A stretch of DNA of 64,000 nt, taken from Neoconidiobolus thromboides FSU 785. Taxonomy: Eukaryota; Fungi; Entomophthoromycota. Every line of letters begins with the position of its first letter. Positions within the stretch are counted from its first letter, which is position 1. Location: positions 51,851 to 115,850 of the forward strand of contig MU626312.1 of the NCBI GenBank assembly GCA_025603075.1, written 5' to 3'. The notes beneath the pieces were generated by a model. The model was given only the letters and a program-made list of their open reading frames with translations, ran no database searches and had not been told where the DNA came from. This document shows positions 50,112 through 62,110 of this stretch, piece by piece. Both the position numbers and the translations under genes were made by a program.

Positions 50112-51563
50112 TTAAATATTTAATTTAGAATAATTCAACTTTAAAATAGTAGATATACCATTATTAAAATTAATTAAACCTTCCGAATTTATAATAGAAT
50201 TCTTTTTAGATTCATTAGATATAGAATAATTTAAATCAAAATTTAAATAATTAATCGATAATTCATTAGAATTATTATTAATTCTATTTTCTATAAAAGT
50301 ATTATTATCTTCATAATAAAACTAGATATAAATGAAATTGTTAATTATTGTATTATGTTGAATTATTATAAGAACTTACTTCTATTTTATCTCCAATTTT
50401 TAAATCTAATTTCGTATCTAATGCAATATTCCCATTACTTGGATCTCCAGCTGAAATAGCAAAATAACCCTAAAAGAAGATATATACAATTATTTTATTA
50501 CTATTAATTTATACTTACTATCTCTTTCTCCTCTCTACTTAATCTCGTCCAAATTGATACTTGATTAAAATCTAATTTTTGATTTTTATTTCCCAATTGA
50601 TCTACTTTTTCTTTCAATAATCCACAAGCATTATTAAATCCTTTGAATTCAATTATTATGTTTCCTTGACATTGTTTTAATTCATATTCGTCACTTATTT
50701 TAGTTAATCTATCAACACTGACTTTCCATGGTAATATACAGTTAGTATAAAAACCTAATAAACCTTCTTGATAGAGTTTGTTATTATAATACAATTGATT
50801 AGGTGTATTGTACTCAAATATTGTATTACTTGACTTAAAACCAGTCTATTGAAATAAGAACATATTTTGATTAAAATCAATATAATTAAATTGTTATGAT
50901 TATGATTAATACTTTACCTTAGTTACCCCTTTCATTTCAATATCTAAAACTTGTAAATATTGCTCTAATTGATTATCTCCCATTAAAAATAAACTTCCAT
51001 TGCTCCTATTAATCAATTTCCATTAATCTAATACTTAATCTTAATATAAAAAACAAAACTTACTCTTTCACAGTTTCTAATTCTTTTGGTATCTTAACTT
51101 TATTTTCAGCTTGAGAGATCGATTTCATATTTCCTAAATCCATCTCTCTCCTTTCTACTGACCCCGTCTGCTTCCCAACACGCCATCTACCTACTGAATT
51201 GAAATTTAAATCTTTTACATCCTTATCTTGATGATAAAATGGGATCAAAACTTCATTTTCATTTTCTTTATTAATTAATAATATAACTAAATTATCTTCT
51301 TCTAAATTATTATCAATAACATTATCCACAAATGTAGCTTGTATGTTACTGGGATTTAACTTAGTTTGAAGATAATCATATGTTTTTGTCACTTGTTGAT
51401 ATGATTTACTGAATAATAAAATGGCTAAATCAGTATGTGAATTTTGGTAAATAGGATGGGATTTGTCGGTTAAGTGAGATGAATTGATCAAGTATTTTTT
51501 ACAATGTAAAGAACGGATGGATTGATATTGAAAATTTTGTATTAATTTATTCACAAGTTTCAT
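50112..51563 (-). CDS. Uncharacterised fungal FIST-domain-like protein with putative mitochondrial presequence
   Basis: Five exons in frame. Motifs SVGRWR, LFLMGD, NTIF...LYYNNKLYQEGLLG, CQGNIIIEF and AGDPSNGNIALDT resemble fungal FIST_N/FIST_C proteins (recall). The N-terminus is basic with no acidic residues. Confidence 0.5.
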
Positions 51564-51738
51564 TTTTAAATCAAAGGTAAATAAAATAATGGAAATAAAC
51601 TTGAATTTTTAAAATAATCTAAATTTCAAATAAAACTTAGGAGTTTTTTTCAAACATTCAGATTATTTTGCAATCAATTTATTTAAGTCAATGCTTCTTT
51701 TTTGTTGAATTTTATAATAATATAAATAGAAATCAAAA

Positions 51739-52929
51739 ATGAATCAAATTATTCTTATAAATAGTGATACTGATATACAAATAAAAGAACATCAAGTTAT
51801 TATCAACTCAAAATTACTTCAATCTATTCAAAATCTCCTACAAACTTTAAAGTATCGTTCACTTTATGTTTACATTTATAATGATAGTAATATCATCTCT
51901 TCTCATCAATCACTTTATTCCATCAACTGTTATTTATATAATCAATTATGGACTTGGAGTATTGGAAATAAATTATTATTAGATATTAATATTATCTATC
52001 AGACTTATAATAAAGAGTTTTTAAAAAAAGCGAATGATTTATTTGATAATCAATTGCAGATTTATTCTAAAAAAGAAGGTAAACTTCAACTTTGATTTTA
52101 TTTTTTAAAATTTTAACTTTGTTTCTAATTTACTGTTATACATAATCAGATTTACAATATCTATCAGAGTATAATTTCCATTCATCCAATTTGGTTTTGT
52201 TAACTTATCATGATTCTAACTTATCAACTATTGATAACGTCATCCATCCAACTACTATTATTAAAGATGTACCTTATCATTATATAGCTTTAGGAGGTAC
52301 ATTTGATCATTTACATTTAGGGCATAAAATATTGCTATCTACAGCTTTATTATTAGCTCAAGATAAATTATTTTGTGGAATTATGGGTAAGTTTGTATAT
52401 TCTAATAAACTATAAAATTAATAGTTTTTTTTAACATTTACTTTTACTAGATGATTCCTTATTAAAAAATAAACAATTTGCTCATGAAATTCAAAAGAAT
52501 GATAAAAGAATAGAAATTATTAATCATTTTTTGAATTTACTACGTCCCAATTTTAAATTTATTGTAAGTTTTATCGAATTCCTTTTATTAATATCATTTC
52601 AATTCATATTCTTTAATCTTTCCTTTTATTTAGATAGAACCCATCTTTGATCCATATGGCCCAACAATCCATGATTCCACTATTGATACATTAATAGTAT
52701 CTAAAGAAACTGTTTCTGGTGGCGAAGCAAGTAAGTTTAAATATATAGTCATAAATAAAACAACTGAAACTATATTAATATAATTTTAGTCAACAAAAAG
52801 AGACTTGAAAAAGGTTATAATGAATTAAATATAATTTGTATTGAATTAATATCAGATCATGAAAATAAACAAGATATTAAAAATAAATTGTCATCCACTA
52901 AAATTCGAGAATATTTAAATCGACATTAA
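51739..52929 (+). CDS. CAB4: Phosphopantetheine adenylyltransferase (CoA synthesis)
   Basis: HIGH-type motif [50 protein letters not shown]. Confidence 0.92.
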
Positions 52930-53059
52930 TTTGTTTTTTGAAATAAATATTAATTCCTATTTCATATTATTTAATTTTATTATTTTTCAATATTAAATTT
53001 AATTAACTTTTTCTTTTGAATATAATTAAAATTTTATTACTTCTTACTTGAACTGTATT

Positions 53060-56000
53060 TTATTCCATTTTGTCCTCATCATCCTCAAACAGTTCTTGAA
53101 TTTGAGAACTAGTTAATTCATGATTATTCAAATAATCTATTTGCATTTTTCTTTCCATTTCCATTTCCCTTCTTTTAATAGATCTTGTTTTTCTCATTGG
53201 TGAAATTGAAATTTGTCTTGGACTTGAATTTTCATATTCAATTTCATCGTCATTAACGATAAATGAATCATCTATTTCATCCTCTTCATTCTCTTCTTCT
53301 TCTTCTTCTTGAATTTCTTTTATTTTCTTTTGATTTTTTTTTAATACATATTTTAGTCCTACTTTTTGATTACCAAATTGATGTAATTTAGTTTGAAATT
53401 TATTTAGTATTTCTTCATTATTAGGTTGAGTAAAGATAGATTGTTGATAAAAAGCTTGCATATGGGACTGATTATAATTATTGTTATTGTTAAAATCGCT
53501 ACTGTTATTGGTTAATATATTAGGCGATATTTCATCATCTTGACAAATAAATCCTTTTAAATCACCATCTTCATTTTCATCACTATTATTATCATTTTCA
53601 ATTTCATCTTCACTAAAGTCATTTTTATCAGATGATACTTCCGCTTCAAGTTCCATTAATTCATTAGTTATTAATAATGTTTTATTTTTGTTACTATTCT
53701 TTAAATTATTATTATTGTTGCTTTCATTGTATCTTCTTTTTAATTTCTTAGTATTATCAACGACCCTTGGTTTTATTTGTTTGTTTGTATTCAATACTAT
53801 AACGCTGTTATCATTATTATCATTATTATTATTATTATTATTATCATTATTAGATTCTAATATCATAATAGATTGGTTATTATCATTGATACTGGAATCT
53901 AATATCATTGTTGAATTATTACTATTATTATTATTATTATTACTTTTTTCTTGTGTTGATTTTAAATGACTAAAAAAAGTAGCATTACCTTCATTAAAAC
54001 TAGTATTGCTAGATTTGTTGAGTTTATTTTCTATATTATTAAATGAAGTATCGTTAATGTATTTTTTTACAGTATTCTTTGCTTTAAAATTTTGTAATAA
54101 ATTAATACTTTTTGTCAAATTTTTACTAATATTTTCTTCATCCAATTTAATTGTTGGTTTGGATCGAATTTCTTTTGATTTATCTTCTTTTATTTCATCA
54201 TTTTGATTTTGTTTACTTTTTTCATTTTCTTTTATATTTTTACTTTGTAATCTTTGTTTAGCAATCTTAGCATGTCGATCAAACAGAGCTTTCATTCTAG
54301 CATCTAAGTTTCTTTTTAAAGGTAATAGCTCCTCATCACTCTTATTATTGTTATTAGCTTCCTTACAGAAACTTTTATCATTTCCTATAGAATCACTGTT
54401 ATTCAACTCAAAATCCATATCATTATCAACTGAATCATCTAAGTTATCTTCTAAAATCAAAGATATGTTTCTCTCCACTATTACTTGATTATTATTATTA
54501 TTATTATTATTACTTTTTAAATGGGTTTCTTTTCTTTTATCATTCTCTAATAAAAAATATAAATTATTTAAATTTGAATTAACTTAATAAAAATTAAAAA
54601 TTAAATCTTACCTTGTCTAATTTTTAAATATTGAATTTGATTAAATATCTTAACAACATTATAACATAAAGGTGTATGTTTAACAGAATAATAAAGAGTA
54701 GGTCTATTGATCATGGATTTTGTTATATCTAATGAAATTCTATCCTCATTCAATTGATAATCAATTAGCTCTTCTTCTAATTCTAATTGATTCTTATATT
54801 TATTATCATTATACTTATTTCCTCTTCCTCTTGTAGGTTTAATTATTAATCTATCATAAGGTTCAATATGAATGTTCTTTTTTTCACAAATGGGTATACA
54901 ACCTTGTGGTAACATTCTTGCATTTTGTTGAAAATAATCTACTTTACCTTCTTGAATGGCTTTAACTACTGTTTTATGATAGCTTTTAGAACTATAAAAA
55001 GATCTCTCTTCTTTTCCTTTACTTAAGAGCATACATACTTTTCCATCCCTTCGTCTTCCTGTTCGTCCTATACGTTGTAACTAATTAAATAAAATGAGTC
55101 AATATTTTATTAGTACTATGTTTATCAAATTATTACCAATTTAATAGGTGAACTTGTACTATCATAACAAATAATAAAATCCACTTCACCAATATCTAGT
55201 CCTTCTTCACCAATAGAAGAACAAACTAATATATTATATTCACCTCGTTTAAATTTTTGAATTACCTAAAATTAAAAATCAAAGATAAATTAAAATATTA
55301 ATATTCTATTTTATTATATAAAATGGAACAATCTTACTTCAATTTGTTCTTTTTGTTTTAAACCTTTACTAGCTTTACCATCTGATTGACCAATAAATGG
55401 AGTAGCCCGAACATGATCTCCTAATTTAGATAACGTTTGTATAATTTCATTAATTGTTTCTCTAAATTGAGCAAATATCATAATTTTTGAATTGGAATCA
55501 AATAAATTAAAATGCTCTTGAACTTTATTAATTAACAATTCCAATTTAGGATGACTCATTAGTTTTTGATGATAATCTTCTCTTTGTACAATTTCTTCGA
55601 CTTTAGAAACTAATTTTTGAAAACTAAGGTTATTTAACATTTGATGGCGATATTTAGCTTCACTTGATTTCGACTCTTCGATCCATTCACGTATCTTTTT
55701 ACTAAATGTAGTAACTCCATATTTATGTAAATGCTCTAATTGATGAACCATAGATATACATAAAGCAAAATCTCCTTCCGCTAATCTGGAATCCATACCA
55801 CCATTATGAGAATTGGCACGAAACCTTTCTCTAGCTTTTAATAAACTATAATGAGAAATCTGCTCCAAATCCGTACTCCAAAAAGCACCTTTATTTTTTA
55901 ATTTTTCCAAATTTGGTCGAAATATATTTTTGAAATTTTCACTAATTTCTTCAATTATTGGACTTAATGGTACTACCCTCTTATCCACTAATTTTTGAAA

Positions 56001-58028
56001 TGTATATGGCATAATATCTAATGCTTCTTCTGTTCTTATTTCAATTCTGGCTATATTTAGATTAGTGACCATTGCTTGTACTTTATCCATTGTTGATCCT
56101 GGTGTAGCTGATAATGCTAATACTCTAAATAATGGATTTTTTTTAAATATCTCTTTTATTACTGTAACATAAGCATAAGCACGTTGAGCCCGATGAGCTT
56201 CATCTACTACTATCAATGAAAAGTATTCAGGAGAACATAATCCCTCTTTTAAATCATTTTCTAAAATTTGTGGTGTTATATAAAATACTTTTTTACTTCT
56301 CCACAATTCTTGTCTTAATTTACGTTGTGTCATACCCGTTAATTCTACACAATCTTTTGGATCAATACCACATACTTTATAGCATGATTCTATTTGTTGT
56401 GCTACCAGTGGTTTTGTTGGTGCCATAAATACTACTTTTAAATCTGGAAACCATCGATAAAAATTAAACATTACTACAGCTGCTATAAATGTTTTTCCGA
56501 GACCAGTGGGTAATGAAACTAAAGTATTTTCATGAAGTGCTTTCATTACTATATTAAATTGATAATCTCTTAATGGATAATTAGTTGGATAAACCCATGT
56601 CTTTATTGCTTCTGGACAATAATTTAATTCTGTATAACAATTATCTTGTTCGTAACATTTTGTAGGTGGTTTATAATTACTTATAATATTAAAGGAAGGT
56701 TTATTGGCGTTTGGTTTAGTCGGTACAAAATTTAGCTTAGTTTGAATTTCTTTTTTTTTAATGCTATTATCATTCCTCGATGTATTTATATTGTCTGATT
56801 TACTACTTTGATTTGGTTTACCCCCTTGTTGTGCTAGCTGATCAAATAGCTCGATAGGAAAATCATCATCTGAAATTTCAAATATTGGATCTTGATCTAA
56901 TTGTATATTAGGGACCTGATTTATACTCGATTCTATATTGAAATTGTTATTAGTTAGGTTATTAATATTATTACTTAAAGTAGCGTTGTGATTATTATTT
57001 ATAATAGCATTATTATTATTACTATTTAAATTAAACTTTTTGTTATTTAAATTAATGTTTATGTTCCGGTTAAATCCTTGAACATTCGAATTATTTACAT
57101 TTGCTTGGTTATTAATTATAGGTTTAGAAGTACCATCTTTTAAACTGTTTATTCTGTAGTTAGTATTGTTTATTTGATTGTTAATGTCATGTTGAAATTG
57201 ATTGCTATTCAAGCTACTGATACTATTACTAAACAGAGTATCATTTATCAGATTATTATCGTTATTATTTGTTAGATTACTATTCTGTGCGATTGAATTC
57301 ATAATCCCTGTATTATTTGGTTTGTTAAATTTATTACGATTTTCAATTTCAATTAATTCCTGTGGTATATCAAAATCATCATCATCATCATCCGAAATAA
57401 TGAAGTATTCATTTGTACCTTGTAGTTTAACTTTTCCATATTCAGTTGAGCTTTTCCTTATGCTGTCATTTTTGGTTAGAGTATCCATTTTAGTTATATT
57501 GCTCTTTGTAGCTATGGTATCATTTTTACTCATAATATCCTTGTCAGCTACTGTACCCTTTTTAGAATCTGTTAATTCCAGTATCTTATTAAATACATCA
57601 TAATCATCATCTGATATCTCAAAAAAAGCTGGATCATGAATATTTATTTTGTTAGAATTTGGAATTATATTGTTTTTAAGATTGCCTGAATTGTTTGCTC
57701 TAGTTTGAGCCAACCTATGATTAATCTGACTACCAAAAGGAGCTTTAGTCCCCACTGAAGTTGAGTTATATGTGTTGTTATTCAACGTTCCAAGTGAATT
57801 GAAATTTGTTTTATTGTTATAATTGTTGTCATTCATGGGTTGGTTATTATTGAAATTTTGAATTGAATTTCCATTTACATTGTTTCCTTCATTCCCTTGA
57901 ACATTCACTTGATTATTCCCTAAATTATTCCCAAATTTCACATTTCCCGTCAGTCTGTTCTTAGCTTCAATTTCCTGCATAAGTAGCTCTAACCCCGGAT
58001 CATCTGAGCTTAGTTCAAACTCATCCAT
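53060..58028 (-). CDS. MPH1: FANCM/Mph1/Fml1 DEAH helicase with long N-terminal extension
   Basis: [91 protein letters not shown]. Acidic C-terminal [10 protein letters not shown]. Confidence 0.95.
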
Positions 58029-58188
58029 CTTGTATTGATATTTTAAAAAAGAATGGAATTTGGAATTTTTAGAAAAAAATAATTCAATATTGATTTCATT
58101 TGCTTAAAATACTTAACTGCGTTTTTTAAGCTTATTAGCCTTATAAAGAATTAAATCAAAATTAAGCACATTTTTTTGGAATATTATG

Positions 58189-58312
58189 ATTTGGGCTGAG
58201 TTGGTTCCAAAATTTGGTGGCAGTAATTTGTACAATGAATAGCAAAAAAATTGGAGAAGTTTCCAAAAAAACCAGACTACTGCCAAAGTTTAATTTTAAA
58301 CCAGCCTAAATT
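58189..58312. repeat. Imperfect ~40-bp inverted repeat (foldback), possible second MITE family
   Basis: ATTTGGGCTG...GGCAGTA pairs with TACTGCC...CAGCCTAAAT. Single copy in the window. Confidence 0.35.
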
Positions 58313-58878
58313 TCCACAAAAACTGGACTACTTACTTTTGAAAGCTCTCTAGGATTTTAAGCCAAAGCCTTAATTTTATGAATTAACAAAATTTTTGTCT
58401 AAAAATTTAAAGATACAAAAAAAGTATTAAAACAATACTATATAATAATAAGCTATATAAAAAAGTATAAGAAATTCACTATATAAACTTATTTAAAACT
58501 TTAAGCTTTATTCTTGTTTATTGTTTCTTTTAACATTAGATTGAATTTATCAAAAATTGAATTTTAAGCTTCTTTGCTTAATATTAGACTCTGAAAATAG
58601 TAATTTCCTATGAAAGTTTAAGCTAGCTTAAAATCGAACTTTGGAATTAGTTATCTACTTTTTAGAGTTTTTCTAGTTTTCTTTGCGATTTACTACAAAC
58701 ATGTTTATTTTGATCATTTTGTTACTGCTGAATTTATATTTTGAATCAAATAACTCATTAGAGTAGTAAATTAATATGATCATTCTAAACTACAATCAAA
58801 GTATTATATAGCTAACTAACTTTTGCAGATATCAATTTTTTTATTAAAAGGTTATTATCATTCAAAAAAAATGGAATT

Positions 58879-58963
58879 GAGGCTGTATTTTTAATTTTAC
58901 TAATAATCATTCTACTCCAAACAGTGCTTGAAAATAGAAAAAGTGAAATCAAAAAAGCGTTCT
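58879..58963. mobile_element. MITE family copy 13 (internally deleted, decayed)
   Basis: GAGGCTGTATTTTT, then AATTTTACTAA...AAACAGTGCTTGAAAATAGAAAAAGTGAAATCAAAAAA, collinear with copy 1. Confidence 0.55.
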
Positions 58964-59060
58964 TATTAGACTTTTAAAACGAAAATATCAGTAAAATATA
59001 ATTTTTGACTAAGAAAATAAGTTAAATAAAATTCAGAACAATAAAAAAAATATATATTTA

Positions 59061-60610
59061 TTAATCAAGATGTAATTTAGAATTAATCATTTTAGATACT
59101 CTATCTAAACGATCCATGACTTCCATTGTACCTTCAAAGAAGCCTGTACAATGATATTTAATATCATATTTATTACATAAGGCCTGTACTCTCTTTTGAG
59201 TGAATTGGAAGTTATGTCTTGGTAAAGTTGGAAATAACTAAATCGAAATGATAAGTAAAAGTATATATAGTGTAAAATAAAAACTTACATGATGTTCAAT
59301 CTGATAGTTTAAACCACCAGTAAACCAAGTCATAAAATAAGAAGGTATTACATCTCTTCCAGTTTCAATTTGTAGTTGATAGAAATCTAATTCATTTGCT
59401 TCATCTTTAGTTAAAATTCTCATACCATTATGATTTAAACTAAAGACAGCGGCAATTAATACACCTGAACTAGTTTGAGAAAAGAATAAAAACAATAATG
59501 ATTTAATCCACGTAGTTGGATAATAAAATGCAATAAAAAAATTAATAACCCAATGAAGTACTAAACAGAGGGGTTCGATAGGTGAAATAGGAATAAATTG
59601 TTTTTTTTTATCACCTAGTTGACCATTACTTAAGGAATACCATAAACTAAAGAAACACCAAGATAATCTAGCAAATGCTAATAATGGAAAAAATAAGAAC
59701 TTTTGGTTATTCAACATGAATAATTTCATTTGGCTTCCTAATTCTTGATCATCTAATTCAGTATATAGCTCCATTACATTTTCACTCCAAGCTAAAAATG
59801 GGTGAGTATCAATATCAGGATCATCATTATGTACATTAGGTGAAGCATGATGTGTATTATGCTTATCTTTCCACCAAGATGGGGAAAAACCTTGACAAAC
59901 TGCACCAAAGAATAAACCACCAACAGTATTATTCAAATATCGATTTTCAAATACTTGATGATGAAGGTATTCATGTGCATGCCATCCACATTGTTGCCAA
60001 AATAATCCCATCAATAATGCAGAGATTAAAACACCTATCAAAGTATGACCAAAGTGTTTTAATACAATTACAGAAGATAAAAAAATGGAGATGTTTAATA
60101 CTCCAATCATAAGATAAAAAGGTTTGTTTGATTTAAACAAACCTTCCTTTTCGAAATCCTTCTTTAAGTTTCTTATTTCTTTTAAGAACTCATTATCTAT
60201 TTATTATTACTATTAGTAATGTTATTTAATATTAAACATTGTAATGTATTACCTTTTTCACCCTTTAATTTGTATTGTTTAGTGAGTTCTTCATCATAAT
60301 AATCAGTTAAAATTTCCTGAATGTTAGGTGGATGGAACGCATTAAAAGTATCTTAATTTGAAGTTAGTTATCACTGACTATCAATATGTGATGTTAGTCT
60401 TACCAGTAGCATCAATACCAATTTGAGTTTTAATTACTGGTCCACCAGGGTGTTCATTAATGAAATCAGTAATATCATATACCTTTCCATTAATTATAGT
60501 AACTATTTTGTCATCTGAATTATCTATTTATATTAAGGCTATTAGTATTATTATCAACGTTTTTGATAAAAAAAGTTACTTTGTTTTGCTTCAGTTACGA
60601 AAGGAGGCAT
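59061..60610 (-). CDS. Front-end (delta-6) fatty acid desaturase with N-terminal cytochrome b5 domain
   Basis: FINEHPGG (b5), His boxes HEYLHH and HNTHH, QIEHHLFP, and SWWKDKHNTHHASPNVHNDDPDIDTHP, typical of zygomycete delta-6 desaturases. Confidence 0.92.
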
Positions 60611-61655
60611 CTTATTGATAGTTGTACAATACTTGAATGAATTAATAAACTTTGATTGAATTGATAAACTGTTATTTTTAAAGTGTAGTTGATAAACGAT
60701 TATCAAAAAAAATTAAATAAAACAATAGTAAAAAGATAATCTTTTATTTTCATCTTTTTATTACGATTTTTTAAAAACTCTATATCAATTTAATAAAAAA
60801 TTTTATCGTTTTAGCTAAATTTAGTAAATATCCCCCTTTAGCTAAGTTAAACTACCAATTTTCCTCATCGGACCTCAATTTTCCAGATATCAATTTTGAT
60901 TGCTCCGTTATCTTTTTGATTTAATTTTCCGCCTTTTTAAAATCACCTCCCAATTGTTATGATTATTTACAAATTTAGAAATAATAATTTGTATCATTCG
61001 GATAATTAATTACAATTTTTTACATCTTGATTCTTTCCTTTACATGGATTAACGGAACTGATTAGAAAATAGCTATAGCATTAACTCATATTAAATTAAG
61101 TTTAGAAACCATATTCTGGCTTTTTGTTTTCCTTTTATTTTTCCTCTTTTCTTTATAGTGGTTTTAGTACCCCTGATTTTATATTTTAATTTATATTTTA
61201 CGTTCTTTTAAAATAAAATAATTTTACACAACTGCATTAGTAGAAAAATATTTATATTTAAGGACAACGCTAAATAAGCTTTAGGTTTTTTGTAAAAGAT
61301 AAATGGTAAAGCTTTGATTTTTAAATATTGAAAAGACTAAAAATTATTTATAGGTGTTGCTTTACATAGGAATATCTGTAATTTATAAAAAATTTATAAA
61401 ATTTTTTGCTTTTGTTTTAAAATGGTTTTAACTATAAGAAATTACATCTATGCATTAAATTATTATTATTGTTTTATATAATTTATTAATAAGTTTTTAT
61501 ATCTATTATACAATAATAAACGTAATAAAGACAAAAAATAAACTAAATAATGTATATATGCTTATAAAATATTAATATTTTTTAATTTGAAATGTTTTGT
61601 ATTTATTTTCAAATTAACTTACTATTAGTTTATTTGAGTAAATATAATTAATATT

Positions 61656-61746
61656 GAGGGTGCTTTTTTGGTTTCATCACTTTTTCCATTTTTAAGCGCT
61701 ATTTAAGTGGAAAAGTTATTAATAAAATTATTAAATACAAAAATAT
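61656..61746. mobile_element. MITE family copy 14 (right end decayed)
   Basis: GAGGGTGCTTTTTTGGTTTCATCACTTTTTCCATTTTTAAGCGCTATTTAAGTGGAAAAG is near-consensus for the family. Confidence 0.75.
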
Positions 61747-62110
61747 TAGGATTTTTAAGTAAAGTTTACAAAAGCTAAGTATGACTTCAATTTAATTTAA
61801 CATAACTAATTCAAGCACTGTCTTTTATTTATTTGTATATAATTTATTTTATAAAAAAAAGAATATTACATAGATGCTACTGGAGACAAACAATAGAAAC
61901 AGCTATTATTCATTACCCCTTATTCGTCAATACAAATGCATCTACTTTTAGGTAGTCTCAAGGACTAAATTACTTAGTTTGCTTACAAATAGTTTTTTAA
62001 TATGAAAAGATGTTAAATAGTTTGGATAGAAATCCATTACTGATAATAATAACTAAAGCAAATAATAATATGGTTTTAGATAATTTTTATTAATAATAAG
62101 GGTTTGTTAA

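Noticed and set aside
12996-58028. Functional cluster of genome-maintenance genes (FIRRM-like, RAD21, Stn1-like, MPH1)
   Set aside because: They are interspersed with unrelated housekeeping genes, and chance cannot be excluded without synteny data.
3503-61746. Dispersed ~98-bp repeat as a CRISPR-like array or tRNA-derived SINE
   Set aside because: There is no regular repeat-spacer periodicity, no A/B boxes or poly(A) tail. TIRs plus a TSD indicate a MITE.
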